Source of the DNA: Octopus vulgaris
Taxonomy: Eukaryota
Reading direction: 5' to 3'
DNA length: 64,000 nucleotides
Assembly (NCBI GenBank): GCA_951406725.2
Contig: OX597822.1
Location: 15,624,001 to 15,688,000, forward strand
The notes below the pieces were generated by a model. It ran no database searches and was not told the origin of the DNA. It saw nothing but the letters and a program-made list of their open reading frames with translations. The position numbers and the translations under genes were made by a program. This document shows, one piece after another, positions 25,845 through 38,990 of the stretch. The stretch's first letter is position 1. Each line of letters opens with the position of its first letter.

Positions 25845-26143
25845 ACCGTGACGGACCAAGCTATCAGATGTTGCTCCACATCGCTGGTCCTAATGCGATT
25901 CGCATTGTTTTAGCCTTCAAATGACGCCACCCCGCTGGCTAAGCCAGCAGGCCAACAGAGGAAAGAGTGAGAGAAAGCTGTGGCGAAAGAGTACAGCAGG
26001 GATCGCCCCCACCCATTGCCGGAGTCTCGTGGAGCTTTAGGTTTTTTAGCTCAATAAACACTCACAATGCCCGGTCTGGGAATCGAAACCGCGATCCTAT
26101 AACAGCGAGTCCGCTGCCCTAAACACTGGGCCATTGCACCTCC
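25843..26143 (-). mobile_element. tRNA-derived SINE (third family)
   Basis: Minus-strand head tggaggtgcaatggcccagtgtttaggg...ggtttcgattccc with A-box- and B-box-like motifs. Confidence 0.75.
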
Positions 26144-26345
<202 letters not shown>

Positions 26346-26491
26346 AATTATACAATTTTATATAGAGATTGTTAACTTTAACAATACCCCCAAAACAGAC
26401 TAGAATCGAAGGACAACTTACTTCGTTATATTCTAGCCAATTTCAGAAAAAAATTATATGTTGCTATCATTGTGTCTTTCGTGTTGTGAAG

Positions 26492-26577
26492 CATCCTGAT
26501 GAGGGAAGTGTCTGTTTCATTAAAATATGAAATTTATGTCATATTATCTGACACGTCTCCGAAACGGCCCATCGATG
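26492..26577 (+). ncRNA. Type I hammerhead ribozyme motif, stem III mutated
   Basis: CAUC-CUGAUGA-GGGAAGUGUC...GACACGUCUCC-GAAA-CGGCCCA-UC-GAUG. Stem I CAUC/GAUG; long stem II; AUC in place of GUC. Confidence 0.7.
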
Positions 26578-26812
26578 GAACATTATCTTCGTATATTAGT
26601 ATGTCGTTTTGATGTTATAATTTCGAACTTTCCACTGGACTCAGTGTTGTAACTTGTGAATATTTATTCCCTTGTATCCTATCGTGAGAATGAGTAATTC
26701 AATAAGTCTTATATTATATTGCTGTTTTCTATTTTGCCTGCGTATGTATATGATTTTGGTTTTGATTTTTCCAGTTTCAGCTAATGAGCTGTGGCCATGC
26801 TGGGGCACCGCC

Positions 26813-26848
<36 letters not shown>

Positions 26849-26873
26849 TATTGGCTGCGTATTTATATATATA

Positions 26874-27250
26874 TCCCGCTGCCACACCTGCCCCTTCATC
26901 ACCAACACTACTTCTCTCACTGGAGCCAATACGCACACTCTTCGCATAACAAATTCCTTTTCTTGCACCTCTTCTAGACTCATATATTGTAGTAGATGCA
27001 ACCACTGTCGTAAACTATATTTAGGTTAGACTGGCCGCCGACTGGCCGACCGGTTCAACGAACATCTAAGAGAAGTTCGGCTACGTTCGAATACACCCGT
27101 TGCTGGTCACTTCCGCTTGGCCAACAACTCCCCATCTAACATCTCCCTCTCTGGCCTCGCTTTGCACCACAGATCCTGGAACAGCGGTACATTTTTAATC
27201 TACGAACAACTATCCCCTTCGGACTAAAGACAATCCCTCCTTCTATTAAC
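26874..27250 (+). pseudogene. Penelope-like element GIY-YIG endonuclease remnant (Cys-rich linker, Neptune-like)
   Basis: RCHTCPFI...FSCTSSRLIYCSRCNHCRKLYLG*TGRRLADRFNEHLREVR..NTPVAGHF...PFGL. Confidence 0.85.
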
Positions 27251-27509
27251 TGCCTCTACACCTCCTGCAACATAGCAACTTTATTTCAATTTTTGTTTCT
27301 AATTGCGGCATTTTATATTACATTAACTTCTTCTTTACTCCTTATTTTTTATAATTTATAATTTTTATTTCTATATACACGCACATATACACACGAATAT
27401 GTACACATCCACGCAGGCATACATACACACACATACACACGCACAGGAATGCACAGCTACATAACCACCGACCCGCGCGCACGCACATACCCACACATAC
27501 ACACATACC

Positions 27510-27766
27510 TTCTTCTCTTGCACTTTCCTGTCTTTGAAAGAACTTTTTCTTCACCCATTCCCTTCCGGTCATGTGACCGTGTGTTTCGTTGGTGATTTTC
27601 TTCCTCCATCTTTCCTTCTTTGGACTTTTCTATATTTCTGATGAAGAACTCCACTCGAGATGTGAAATCCTCTTTCTTTTCTTTTCTTTCCTGAGCGTCC
27701 AATAACACTATATGTATTCCACGTCCTCGTGTTGCTGTTTTTTACTTTCTTATTCATGTTTGGACT
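27510..27766 (+). mobile_element. Penelope-like 3' terminal module with decayed minimal hammerhead (27635-27667)
   Basis: ttt-ctgatga-agaactccactc-gaga-tgtg-aaa; lies downstream of the GIY-YIG remnant, is homologous to 6645-6868 and ends at (TA)n. Confidence 0.65.
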
Positions 27767-27784
27767 ATATATATATATTTATAC

Positions 27785-27930
27785 ATGACGGGTTTCTTTC
27801 AGTTTCCGTTTGCCAAATCCACTCACAAGGCTTTCGCCGTTCCAAGGGTATATCACTTGCCCAAAGTATCACGCTGTGGGACTGAACCCGGAACCATGTG
27901 GCTGAGAAACAAACGTCTTACCACACAGCC
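27785..27930 (-). mobile_element. CORE-like SINE 5' half
   Basis: tttcagtttccgtttgccaaatccactcacaagg...gggactgaacccggaaccatgtgg...cttaccacacagcc. Confidence 0.8.
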
Positions 27931-29206
27931 AAATATATATGCACACACAAACAAACACACACACCACGCACACATGCATATGTATGTATATACCTATCTC
28001 GCTATGTTTACATGTGCATATATGCGTGCGTGGATATACCCGTATAGCACCTTATATAGATATATAATGCTACAGACGAGACCGATATTTAACTGAATGT
28101 TTTCTCTCGTTCAGAAAGCTGAAGTTAACAAAAGTTATAAATGATAGTTAAAAATCAAAAATATCTTCCTATTTTTTCTGATAGGTTTGCGAATATAATG
28201 CCAATTAACTTTTCAACTTTTGGTTACCATCTTTAAACTAACATGTGAAAAATGGCAAGAATTATTGATGAAATGTTTAAATAATTACATGAGGTTAGAC
28301 TGTTTATGGCATAGATAAAAGTAGAATCCATGACATGGAGACCTTATCCAGTTTACATATACATACACCCACACCCACATATATAATGTGTTTGTGTCTG
28401 TGTCTTTGTGTGTGGTGCATATATGTACATATGAATAAATATGTATCTATGTATTGCTCGTATATACAGATAACTTCCTCAAGCACAGAGAAAAATTTTC
28501 GCATGAGTAATATTGTGCAAATGGATGATAAAGCGACTGTTGTTCGCTCTTTAGGTGACCTACAATTTTTTAATGAATGCAATTTCCCTTCAACAGGAAT
28601 GGAAGGTCAAACCGCCAGAAAATTATTTCAATCTCAGAGGATAATGTATATCTCGACTGAACTTACGTAATGTTTCGCAAATAATATATTGTCCCACTGG
28701 GGCAAAGTTCCATAATAGACTGCATGAGCAGAGATCATATTTTCCACTCCATAATCTTGCATATCATAAGTATAAAGAGAGTCAGGAATTCCAAAAATAA
28801 TTTATCATCTTTCTGTTGGTTGCTTCAACAATCCAGGCATTCTAAGAGACGTTTATCGATGTGCCTATGTGTGTGTGTGTGTCACTATAGTGACGTTTCT
28901 GATTTAGCGATCATTCTAACACGCTTATAACTGCTTCTGGTAGCTGTCAGAGAGATGATATCTTTAAACTGAGAGAAAGTCATTTGCAAGCTAAATATCT
29001 ATTGGGATATGCAATTCTGTTGAAAAATGTTTATCCCGAAGACAGACGAAAACTTTAAACGAATTATCCTTGTCAAAGAACTTACAATTTGTACAGTCAT
29101 TAGGGTGATAATGCAACTTGGTCTCTTACTGTAATCCAGCGAACCAAACAAAGAGCGAAAAACACTGCATTTTCGATGAAAATGTCTTAAATATTATACA
29201 TCAAAA

Positions 29207-29420
29207 AGGGTGGCGGACTGGGAGAATCGTTAACCCGCTGGGAGAAATGCTTAGCGGCATTTCGATCGTCTTTACGTTCTGAGTTCAAATTCTGTCAGGA
29301 TGGACTTTGTCTTTCCTTCTTTTCGGGTGGATAAATATATATCAGTCGAGTACTGCGGTCGATGAAAGCTACTTCCCCTTACCCGTAATTGCAGGCCACG
29401 TGCCAAAATATGAAACCAAT
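29207..29420 (+). mobile_element. Meta-like SINE, monomeric, diverged
   Basis: agggtggcggactgggagaatcgtt...ttacgttctgagttcaaattc...gtgccaaaatatgaaacc. Confidence 0.75.
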
Positions 29421-30789
29421 ATGATATATATCAACAAATATACACACAGAAACATAATATACTCGTATTCACACACATGTAATAAAATCAGTAAAATTGA
29501 TACATGTATATTTTATTTTACGGGGGGGGGTATGTTGTGTGTATATGTGTGTATGTATGTCTGTGTGGACGAGTGCGTGCGTGAGTTGTATGCATGTACC
29601 TACGCGTGCACACACACACACACACATATATATATATGTATGTGCAATTTAAATCAATCATCATATCGAACAATTGCACAACGTTCGTCTTGCCTAAAAA
29701 ATTGATTATTTTCGATGAAGAATCCGTGATTGGGAAAGTAAAAGTTGGTAAAGTCCTACCTATCCATTATTCAATGGAAGCTAAAAGACATTCTTATACA
29801 ATTAAGTGCTGTATTGTATCGCTAGAAATATGGACGTGAAAGGTATTTAATACAATAGACAACCACGTATACATGTGTAAATGTTTTTCTTTTTTCTGAT
29901 CATTAAACATCTGTGAGACTTTAACCCTCAACTGCAATTATGAATAAACCTAAGTAGAGACCCATAAATAGTTATTTGAATGCATATTTTTATGTTTTTA
30001 GAAATATTGCTCAGCTATTGTACTGAATTACTAACGTAGTTTTTTTTTATCTGTTTCATCGCATAGTATAATTAAACGCTAATTAGGAAAATATGCTAAG
30101 ATTGAATTCGCCGGTCATAATGAAAACATATTACATCTCGCAAGAAATATCAGTTTTAAATATTCTACAGAAATTAGTTCATTAAAAAAAAAGTCGCCAT
30201 GCTGTTATTCAAGAGAACAGTCGTCTGTTAAATTAGTCTAACAGCATAGGTATAAAAGCTATCAGGAAACAAGAATTTCATTGAATATCCTAGAATAGAT
30301 AATATTCGACTACACACTGCTGAACATACATATACACGTAAGATTTCACAGACATACATAGACACCCAAATACAGTTTTGCATGCATATATGTATATTTT
30401 TAACTTTTATTCATTAGATATTTTCTGATTTAAACATTAAATTCATCCAAGATATGTTTTGTAGGAAAAATTAATATAATAAATCATGCCGTATGAAATT
30501 AGTTGCAGAACACGTGGAAGACCAATCTCAGATTCACCCTATTTCATGCCGTTGCATTCTTTATGCATGGGCGATTCTTTGGAATATCGGAACAACGACT
30601 CGTAGGATTTTAATTATGGTCAATTATTTTCGGAGTATCACTAGAGAAAATCGTGTCGTGATCAACTTTATTTTTCATTTGTCTAGAGTCGAGATAAATA
30701 TGTGCCAGGCAAATGCTGGTCGTCAATGTAATTAACGCATTGCCTTTATGTAATGAATCAATGTAAATAGAGTCCAGTGGAAGTTAACT

Positions 30790-31025
30790 ACCATCTCTTG
30801 AAATCATATCAAAATACAACAACATTGTTTCTGACTTATGGTGAATCTTGTTAAAATATATACTATGTCAGCGTGAATACAAGGGTCAGGTCTGTGAAAT
30901 GGTGCATTCATGTATTCTCGAAATATTTAAATATGATTTAGGCTTGATAAAATAGCTATGCATAGCGACGATGGATTCACTGTTTTATGTAATACGAATG
31001 ATGATAAATGTGACAGGATAATATT
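30790..31025 (+). pseudogene. Highly decayed Penelope-like RT core fragment
   Basis: Reading across a frameshift gives VCEMVHSCILEIFKYDLGL..IAMHSDDGFTVLCNTNDDKCDRI, resembling the PLE motif EVCELVGLxIL...GLYRDDGL...DRIRK. Confidence 0.5.
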
Positions 31026-31507
31026 TGAGTTCTTTTGAAGAGTTCAAAGAAATTTTCGATGACGTATCAAGTGTTTTGAGCAAGTTGGAAAACCATGCGT
31101 TCAAACATTGTAACAATTCGATATTCATATTTACTTAGAAAATCCTTCATGCAGGTTAGGTATCAAAACATTTTCCACGGGGTGACTCTTAAAAAGACAA
31201 TATCATTCAAATCAAATCTACGGATAATGAATATTTCGATTGTGTATCGTAGATCTACACGAATTATAGCTGTGTTTGGGGTTAATTAAAAGTGTACAAT
31301 TTGATCGGTATCAAGAAACATACAACATAAACATGACTGCTTCTGATTTGCATGCAACATCAACTCTTTCGAGGGGTGAAGATTATTCGATACCATCCCA
31401 AATAGTCTTAGATGAATATATTTCTCAACTGAAAACAAACACTACCTATTCGATATGTGCATAAATACAAGTTAATTTCGATTCAAAATAACGGAACATA
31501 ATTCGGT

Positions 31508-32042
31508 AAGACAGAATAATAGTGTTAGAAAATTACTACTTTTAAGTTTCACAACGAAAGATATTCAGCAACAGTATTTGGAGTAGAAATTGTTTGCCAA
31601 CATAATATATTTTGAGCTGGGTGAGGGTGCTAGATTCATTGTTTGAAAAAGGACACAGATCGTGTCGAATACCTAGGTGGAGACGATGTCTCCTGGGGCT
31701 AAATTACAGCAACATTCATCCTAAACCAGGACTGTCATGTTTTGTTGGCAAACAATCTTTACTCCAAAATACTTTTGCTGAATATTTCTCGTTGTGAGAT
31801 TTAAAAATAATAATTTTCTAATGATTCTGTGCTGATTAAGGGAAATAGCCCGGAAATCGTGATACACAGATATTGTTTTGAGCTGGGTGTGGGTGCTACA
31901 TTCCCTTGTTCGAAAATATAAGGACACAGATCGTGTCGTATAGCCAACTGGAGACGATGTCTCCTGGGGTTAAATTACAGCAACTGTCGTCCTAAACTAG
32001 GCCTGCCATGTTATGTTGGCAAACAATTTTACTCCAAAATAA
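31508..32042. mobile_element. MITE-like element with ~95-bp TIRs plus tandem duplication of its interior
   Basis: 31508-31604 inverted vs 31740-31835 (tcacaacgaaagatattcagcaacagtatttggagta / tactccaaaatacttttgctgaatatttctcgttgtga); 31606-31772 repeated directly at 31871-32042. Confidence 0.7.
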
Positions 32043-32949
32043 TAGCGTTTTAAAATATCTATCCACATAAAAAGAAGCATTGTAACGTAATATTTTGAGC
32101 AATTTTCCTCCCAACAGTAAGAGTTTAATATTAAGCAGTTGCCTAAACTGTTATCACGAAAATTACATCAAAGCTGTGATAAGCACGACAATCATACAAT
32201 GTTAGTGAAAATACAATTGAAACAAATTATTCCCAACGCGCCACCTCATACAGAAAACAAACAGGTGACATTTACGGAAACTTTCTTTGTATATCGAAAC
32301 AAAAAAACTGATTTTCATCCTTGAACAAGAAATAATACCAAATTACTGACATGAAAACCAATTTCTTCTGGAATTGTAGAAGTTTTGAACAGTCGTATAA
32401 TTCCTAATTTCAGAATCAGAAGGGAACACATACGAACTATATCGTTATTGCTTCCCTGACTTTTAATTTTACTGGTTCACGGTCAATATTTACTAGCTTG
32501 TAATACAATGAATTAATAAAGATACTAAGGTCATTTTAAATATTGCCTTTGAGTTCCTGAAACGTTTCGTCGAGAGATTATCATTTAACGCAGGTTTTTC
32601 CCCACTTTAATCGATGTGCTAGTTTAATATCTGCATTAATTTAAAAGATCGTTTATACTAAAGTAGACATGTAAGTAATTAATTACTTGTTATAAATAAG
32701 ACAAAATAAATTATCTTTGCATGTTTTAATTTGTGAAAGATTTCCAATGGTTAAATCAATTTTATATTTCTCTCATCATTTATAAATTGATACACTTATG
32801 GTTTTCTCTTGGAGCGTTCTGTACATTCGAATCGTTTGTAGAATACATTCACGTGCATTGCTTGAATCTATATATTGTGAATTAAACACACACACATATT
32901 CATTTACATGGAATATACATATAGATAGATAAGATATATTTATGACGGT

Positions 32950-33335
32950 AAGGCGGCGAGCTGGCAGAAATGTTAGCACGCCGGGCGAAATACGTAGCCG
33001 TATTTCGTCTGCTGTTACGTTCTGAGTTCAAATTCCGCCGAGGTCGACTTTGCCTTTCATCCTTTCGGGGTCGATAAGTACCAGATACGCACTGGGATCG
33101 ATATAAACGACTTAATCCGTCTGTCTGTCCTTGTTTGTCTCCTCTGTGTGTAGCCCCTTGTGGGCAGTAAAGAAATAGGTATTTCATCTGTCTTTGCGTT
33201 CTCAGTTCAAATTCCGTCGAAGTCAACTTTTCCTTTCTGGGTCAATAAATTAAGTACCATTTGCGTACTGGGGTCGATCTAATCGACAGGCCCCCTCCCC
33301 AGAAGTGTCGGACCTTGTTCCTAGAGTAGAAGAGA
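32950..33335 (+). mobile_element. Meta-like SINE, dimeric form
   Basis: aaggcggcgagctggcagaaatgttagcacgccgggcg...; second B-box/domain unit from ~33180; tail ctagagtagaagag. Confidence 0.88.
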
Positions 33336-34199
33336 TACATTTATGAATATATATATATATATATATATATGAGTATGTACGGCCTTTTAACTTTTGTATG
33401 TGTGTTTATACACAGTTACGTATGTAGGAAAGTAGGTAGGTAGGTAAGTAGGTTGATAGGTAAGTAGGTAGGTAAGTAACTAGGTATGTATGTATGTATA
33501 CCAGCAGGTCTGCCTACTCCTGGTTTTGTGTGACGTAAATTTTTTGAATCTTCATTTTCAATGTAAATCTTTACGTATTTATGAACATAAATATTACCAA
33601 CATATTAAATATTTATCATTGTTGATGGATAAATTCAAGTGAACCTGTATTTAATAAACCTAAAATTACGTGAATATTAATCAGCCTCAGTACTTGCAAA
33701 ACTGGGAAGAAAATACCGGATAAAATGCCTTAGAGTATATGGTACGTACTTTCAGGTTTGTCTGAATATGCTACTGAGTTTCACTGTTTGTTTCTGGGGT
33801 GATAAAATAATTTATATTTAATTAGTGGGGGTGAAATGAACGAGAGATCCCATCCACAAAATGTTTCATTGGGCATGTATAACAGGCGATGCTCCAGTAT
33901 GGCTGCAGTCAAGTGACAGAAACAAGTAAAAAATATATATTTATATAATTAAAAATGACAAAATACAGAAACCAGTCGATGCCAGGTTAGTACAGATTTT
34001 CAGAGAAAGTTTACAGGTAACAACATTGATTTCCCGTCTTCCGTGGTAGCTAATGACTTGCCAGTAATTTACTGGGGGCTGATATGGATTGGAGCCTTGC
34101 TTCGATCTTAGCATTCCCTATATTTAAGAAAGGTTGCTTGTTAATATGAAAAGATTTAGATCATCAATGTCTAACCGAACAAGCCATATAACTGATATT

Positions 34200-34415
34200 G
34201 TTGTCTGTATTTAAACAACGCGGAGGTCAAGTTTGTCTTTTTGTACAGGGAAGTTCTGATGGACTTTTACTCATTCACCAAATTCACTCACAAGTCATTC
34301 ATCGATCGGGAGATGAGGAGACTTGCCCAAGTTTTCGCTCATTGGGTGTGAAACCGAAACCACGTGGTTACAAATCACGAGGTTCTTAACGACACATCGA
34401 CACCTGTGCCTATAC
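34200..34415 (-). mobile_element. Old CORE-like SINE fragment
   Basis: Minus strand aaccacgtggtttcggtttcacacccaatgagcgaaaacttgggcaagtctcct...ttgtgagtgaatttggtg. Confidence 0.55.
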
Positions 34416-36327
34416 ACCGCACACGACTTTTCATTAATGCATTTCATGCAAATTAAACATTTTCTGAAAGAAAGTTTCGTTTTTGTTTTACGCATTCAAA
34501 TTTCAAGAAGGTAAAATATGCGTCCCTTTTTGTTTTAAATGGTTTCTTTGTTGTTTTTAAGATAAATTACTTAAATCAAATAGGAGCAACAATCAGCTCA
34601 CGTCATTCTGCTTTTGAAAGGATTTGCAGCATGTAGAAAATATCTTGGAACAATATTTTGATGATTGCCAACACAAATTAGGGAGAATTTATTGGGAGGA
34701 ATAAAGAGTTATGAGAATATCTATGAAATATCGTTAATATGGAGATCTTCGTGAAGTCCAACGGAATAAGATATTAAACATAACTGGATAAAGCTATTGA
34801 ATTTACGTCACTACATACGAATGCAACAATGAACATGATAAGTGGAGATTTGAACTAAGGAAATCATACAAGGGAAGAAATACGCAGGAAGTCTCAATCA
34901 GAAATCCATATGGCATTCATACGCACGTACACAATTGGTAACCAAGTTCCATGCAAGCAGATTACTTTAGGATGGACCTTAAAAGTCGATGTGTGTACAT
35001 GTAAGATTTTATCCTTCGAAAACCCTCAGTTGACAATAAGGGAACCAGTGCGCAGTGGTCAAGAGTTACCTTTTAATTAAGCAACATTTCTAAGTACATT
35101 TTATACATAAAAACTCACGCTCAGGGACGCATAAGAACAAATCTTCCGAGATATAAATATATCGTATCTGTTATTCCTAAACTGGTTTTAATCATGGTAT
35201 TGTTATCAAGGTTGGCCACTGCGACTGCGGTTGTTCGTTCAATAATATTAACCGCAGTATCTGGCCCAGGGGGAAGATGTCATATGTGACCATTTCTGAT
35301 AGGGAAGCAGCCTGGCCAAGGAGGGGAAATCAATCAGGAGAAAGAAAACTGATGGATGTAACGGAAGAGAGGTGAATCCACTGCGAAGAACAAAGAATAT
35401 TGATTCTTGCTACCACAGGTATAGGGTGTTTGGCACTGACTGTCATTCATGCTTCGGGCTGTTTGGCCACAAACAATGATGTCGACGGTCATTAATGACA
35501 GTCGGTGCCCACTACTAGATTTATATGTCTGTCTTTCTACCCAGATCAAAGTGTAACACAAGGGATGTATATGTAAAGGTTTGTTGAAAAGTGCTGATAA
35601 TAAATCAACGAGCAATCCCACAAGTAACATATGCCACATAAAAAGAATGAACTTTTAAGTCGACTCCATTGTAGAAGAGTGAAAGTTGACTTACATTACG
35701 CACACTAACAATGATTCATTTAATATGATGGTTCGGAGACCTCTGCAGTTATTCTATGAGTATTTTCATACCCTATGAATGTTAAAAGATAATTTATCAA
35801 TGAAGATTGTTAGATCTAGGCTTATATTGTGACGGAATTCTTAAATCATTTATCAACTGACTCCAGCATAGCTTACAATTGCTTTCATATTTCCAATCTG
35901 ATAAGTGGCAATTTCATTGCTATAATGATATTTTAGCTGAATGTCCTTGAGTGACTATTAGATAAAGAGTTTTAAGCTCAATAGCTGTGGTCATTCGAGA
36001 GAATAAATCGATAGCAGTTTCATTTTCGTTACATAGGTGATCAAAATTGCTAATGATCAATTCGCTTATTATTCATGCAGTGACGTTTCAAATATCCCAG
36101 AGATTAGTTCTTTTTTATCTTTTGATACGCTGTCTAGTTTGAAGTAGAAATAGTTCGCCGTTGCTTCTCATTGTACACGCTAAATATATACAACTCATCC
36201 ATCGTCAACAAAGCAGACATAAAGCAAAATAATATTGTAAAAATCAAATTCTAAAAGCATCGTATGTCATGTGAATAGATTAAATAGATTTTCATGTTCA
36301 ATACATACACACACATTATATATATAT

Positions 36328-36387
<60 letters not shown>

Positions 36388-36599
36388 TCTGTGTGTGTGT
36401 GAAAGTGTGTGGCCTAGTGGTCATAGGGTTGCACTCACCATCGCTAGATCGTGTGTTCCATTGCTGGCCCGAGTGGTGGAATGAGTAGAACACTTCGTTC
36501 CAAATTTCGTCGTTACACTCAGTTCTAAATGGGGAGCTCTTAGACAGACAACTCTTCCAAACATGGGTAATGTTAGCCTGCTTACCTAGTGAGCGGGGT

Positions 36600-36735
36600 G
36601 GCAAAACGATGTGTAAAGAAACAAAAAACGAAGACGGGTGTGTAAACAACAAACAGATGTATTAGCTTAACGCTCGGGAAGTGACAGTCTTTTACGTTTA
36701 GAGCCTACGCTCTTCAACAGAAATAAGCAGGGAGA
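36600..36735 (-). mobile_element. Penelope-type terminal module with decayed minimal hammerhead (36689-36723)
   Basis: Minus strand ttt-ctgttga-agagcgtaggctc-taaa-cgta-aaag: stem II GAGC/GCUC intact, two core substitutions; downstream cccgagcgtt resembles cctgagcgtc at 27690. Confidence 0.55.
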
Positions 36736-36963
36736 TTATATATATATATATATATTTATATATAATGTACACACGTACATAATAGACACGCTGACATATA
36801 AGTGTTATTCTAATGACTGAACAATGGAAAGATGTAGTACTCAATACATTTAACAACAGTTAGCTTCATATGACAAAGTTTCGCGAACCTATCATTGTAT
36901 CACATGCCAAAAACATATGTATATGGGTGTGTGCATGTATGTGTGCATGTATATGTATGTGTG

Positions 36964-37156
36964 TATATTAGGAAGTTAAAGGTTATAGCCGGTCATAGAG
37001 TGATCTTTGATTTCATAAGTATAAAGCGCTCAGTAGTATACCCGACACGTTAGACTCGTCGATCTAACGAGTCGCCTACACTACTAAACGCCTTATAGGT
37101 GCAAAACCAATGGTCACCCTCTCCCCAACCATAAACTTTGATTTCCTAAAAATATA
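36964..37156. repeat. Imperfect ~190-bp fold-back
   Basis: taggaagttaaaggttat / ataaactttgatttccta; tataaagcgctcagtagt / actactaaacgccttata; cgttaga / tctaacg. Confidence 0.65.
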
Positions 37157-37295
37157 TTACTGCTCTAATGCTATTTAGAGTGTACTTCTTTTACGGACAC
37201 ATGAACTACTGACGATATATGCCTACTGTAAAAATATATTACTGCTCTAATGCTATTTAGAGTGTACTTCTTTTACGGACACATGAACTACTGAC
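37148..37295 (+). repeat. 66-bp direct duplication
   Basis: aaaaatatattactgctctaatgctatttagagtgtacttcttttacggacacatgaactactgac at 37148 and 37230. Confidence 0.9.
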
Positions 37296-37399
37296 ACACG
37301 CGCGTGTGTGTGTGTCTGTTTATCCAGGGATGTATATGAATATATTTGAGCAACAAGTACATCAGGAAAGTGTGCAATGCTCTGTCGACGAGTATTTGT

Positions 37400-38400
37400 A
37401 ACTACAAAATAGTTCTATGAAGACATAAACGCAAATTTACAAGGTCTTGCTAATCGTCATGGGGGAGGCGCGTTGGTCGACATTGGATCAAGCTTTTCAG
37501 CAATTCCTTGCGATAATTTGAATCAATCAAATGGAGAGATATTCCTTTGCGAAATACACGGAAGAATGTCAACATTGTTACTTGGAGTTGTCTATCGCCC
37601 ACCAAATTACCCTGAAGACACGTCTTTTAGACATCCCCAAGGCTGCATCTAGGAAAGCAGCCACTTATGCTTTCATTGCTGGTGACCTCAACTACCCTGA
37701 ATTTTGTTGGGAAACTTTTAGTTCACCGCAATATGCAGACGATTTCCCCTGATATATTGCTAGATTCAAACTGATCCCCACCGCACAAGAGGTAGCAACA
37801 CTTTGACCCTTCTCTTTACCACCACTCATGAAACTGTTAGAGTCACGACCAAGGAACCTTTGTGCGACTCCGATCATGCTACGGTCATTGCCAATTTGTT
37901 TCTTGTGAGCAGAAAGAAGAAACACCACCACCTCCAAACCATTCGCTTTCACTGGAACTATTACCGTGATGAGTGACAACACCCAAACTGGTTTGAATTT
38001 TACGATATCCTCAGTGCATGCTGGGATGCATGTGAAGCATCAGTACTACGTAAACGCTCTAAAAATCCCCAAAGTGCAATTTCGGAAACTACAACATTTC
38101 GACCTACCAAGACCGATCGTCCTGTTGCTGAAGAGGAATACAGACTGCATAGAACAGATGAGAATAGAAGGCGCAATAGATCATCCAACTGTCTTAAACA
38201 AGCAACAAAAACGTCAGCGCTTCAGTCTGCACAACAAGCAGCCAGCCTTCACAGCAAAGTGTTCTGGAAATATGTATGTTCGTAACAGTGACCTCACTCT
38301 CTGGTTGGCTCTATTTACAATTCCCACTAAAGTCGGACCACTGCTGATCCCAAAGACTGCACTGAACTTATTACTGCAGGCTATGCTGGCATTTTACAGT
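37400..38400 (+). pseudogene. Decayed LINE APE-endonuclease/linker region (CR1/L2-like)
   Basis: NRHGGG, VYRPPNYP, FIAGDLNYPEFCW and downstream ttctggaaatatgta (FWKYV). Confidence 0.7.
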
Positions 38401-38938
38401 TTAAAATCCAGATGCCCCTTCTTCATTAACTCTGGCATCAAATTCTCTAACGACTGATGCAGGGAGTTTATTCCATGCTTCCACAACTCTGAGCGTGAAA
38501 AAAGGTTTCCAAACGTCTTGGGTGCTGTGTTGTTGTTTGATTTTGTAAGCATGTAAGCATGTCTGCGAGTGTTTCTCAGAGCCTTTCTCAGACTTAGAAT
38601 GTTCATGTCTATTGTGTGAATGTCATTGCCAAAAGCGTTGTTCATCGTTTTGATGATCACCAAGAAAGACAAATTCAAAACAAACTAAAGCAAAATACTC
38701 CTTCGTATCTTACCATAATTAACCACACGGATAAACTCGCACACATCTTTCCACCGACCACAGTCGAAGATGAGCAAGAGCAACGAAAACAACAACAATA
38801 ACAACAACAATACCAACTACCACAACAGCAGCCACAACTGCGAACACAGCAACTAAATCCTCTAAGCCACCATAACGCCATAGATTCACCAACATGGTGT
38901 TCGGTGACGTCGTCACTACTGATACGATCTTATAAATT

Positions 38939-38940
<2 letters not shown>

Positions 38941-38990
<50 letters not shown>
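38941..38990. repeat. (ACT)n trinucleotide microsatellite
   Basis: Direct reading; gives poly-Y and poly-S pseudo-ORFs. Confidence 0.95.

Noticed and set aside
26070-26143. tRNA-like sequence with A and B boxes (also other SINE heads)
   Set aside because: No full cloverleaf by eye and it continues into SINE body; not a tRNA gene.
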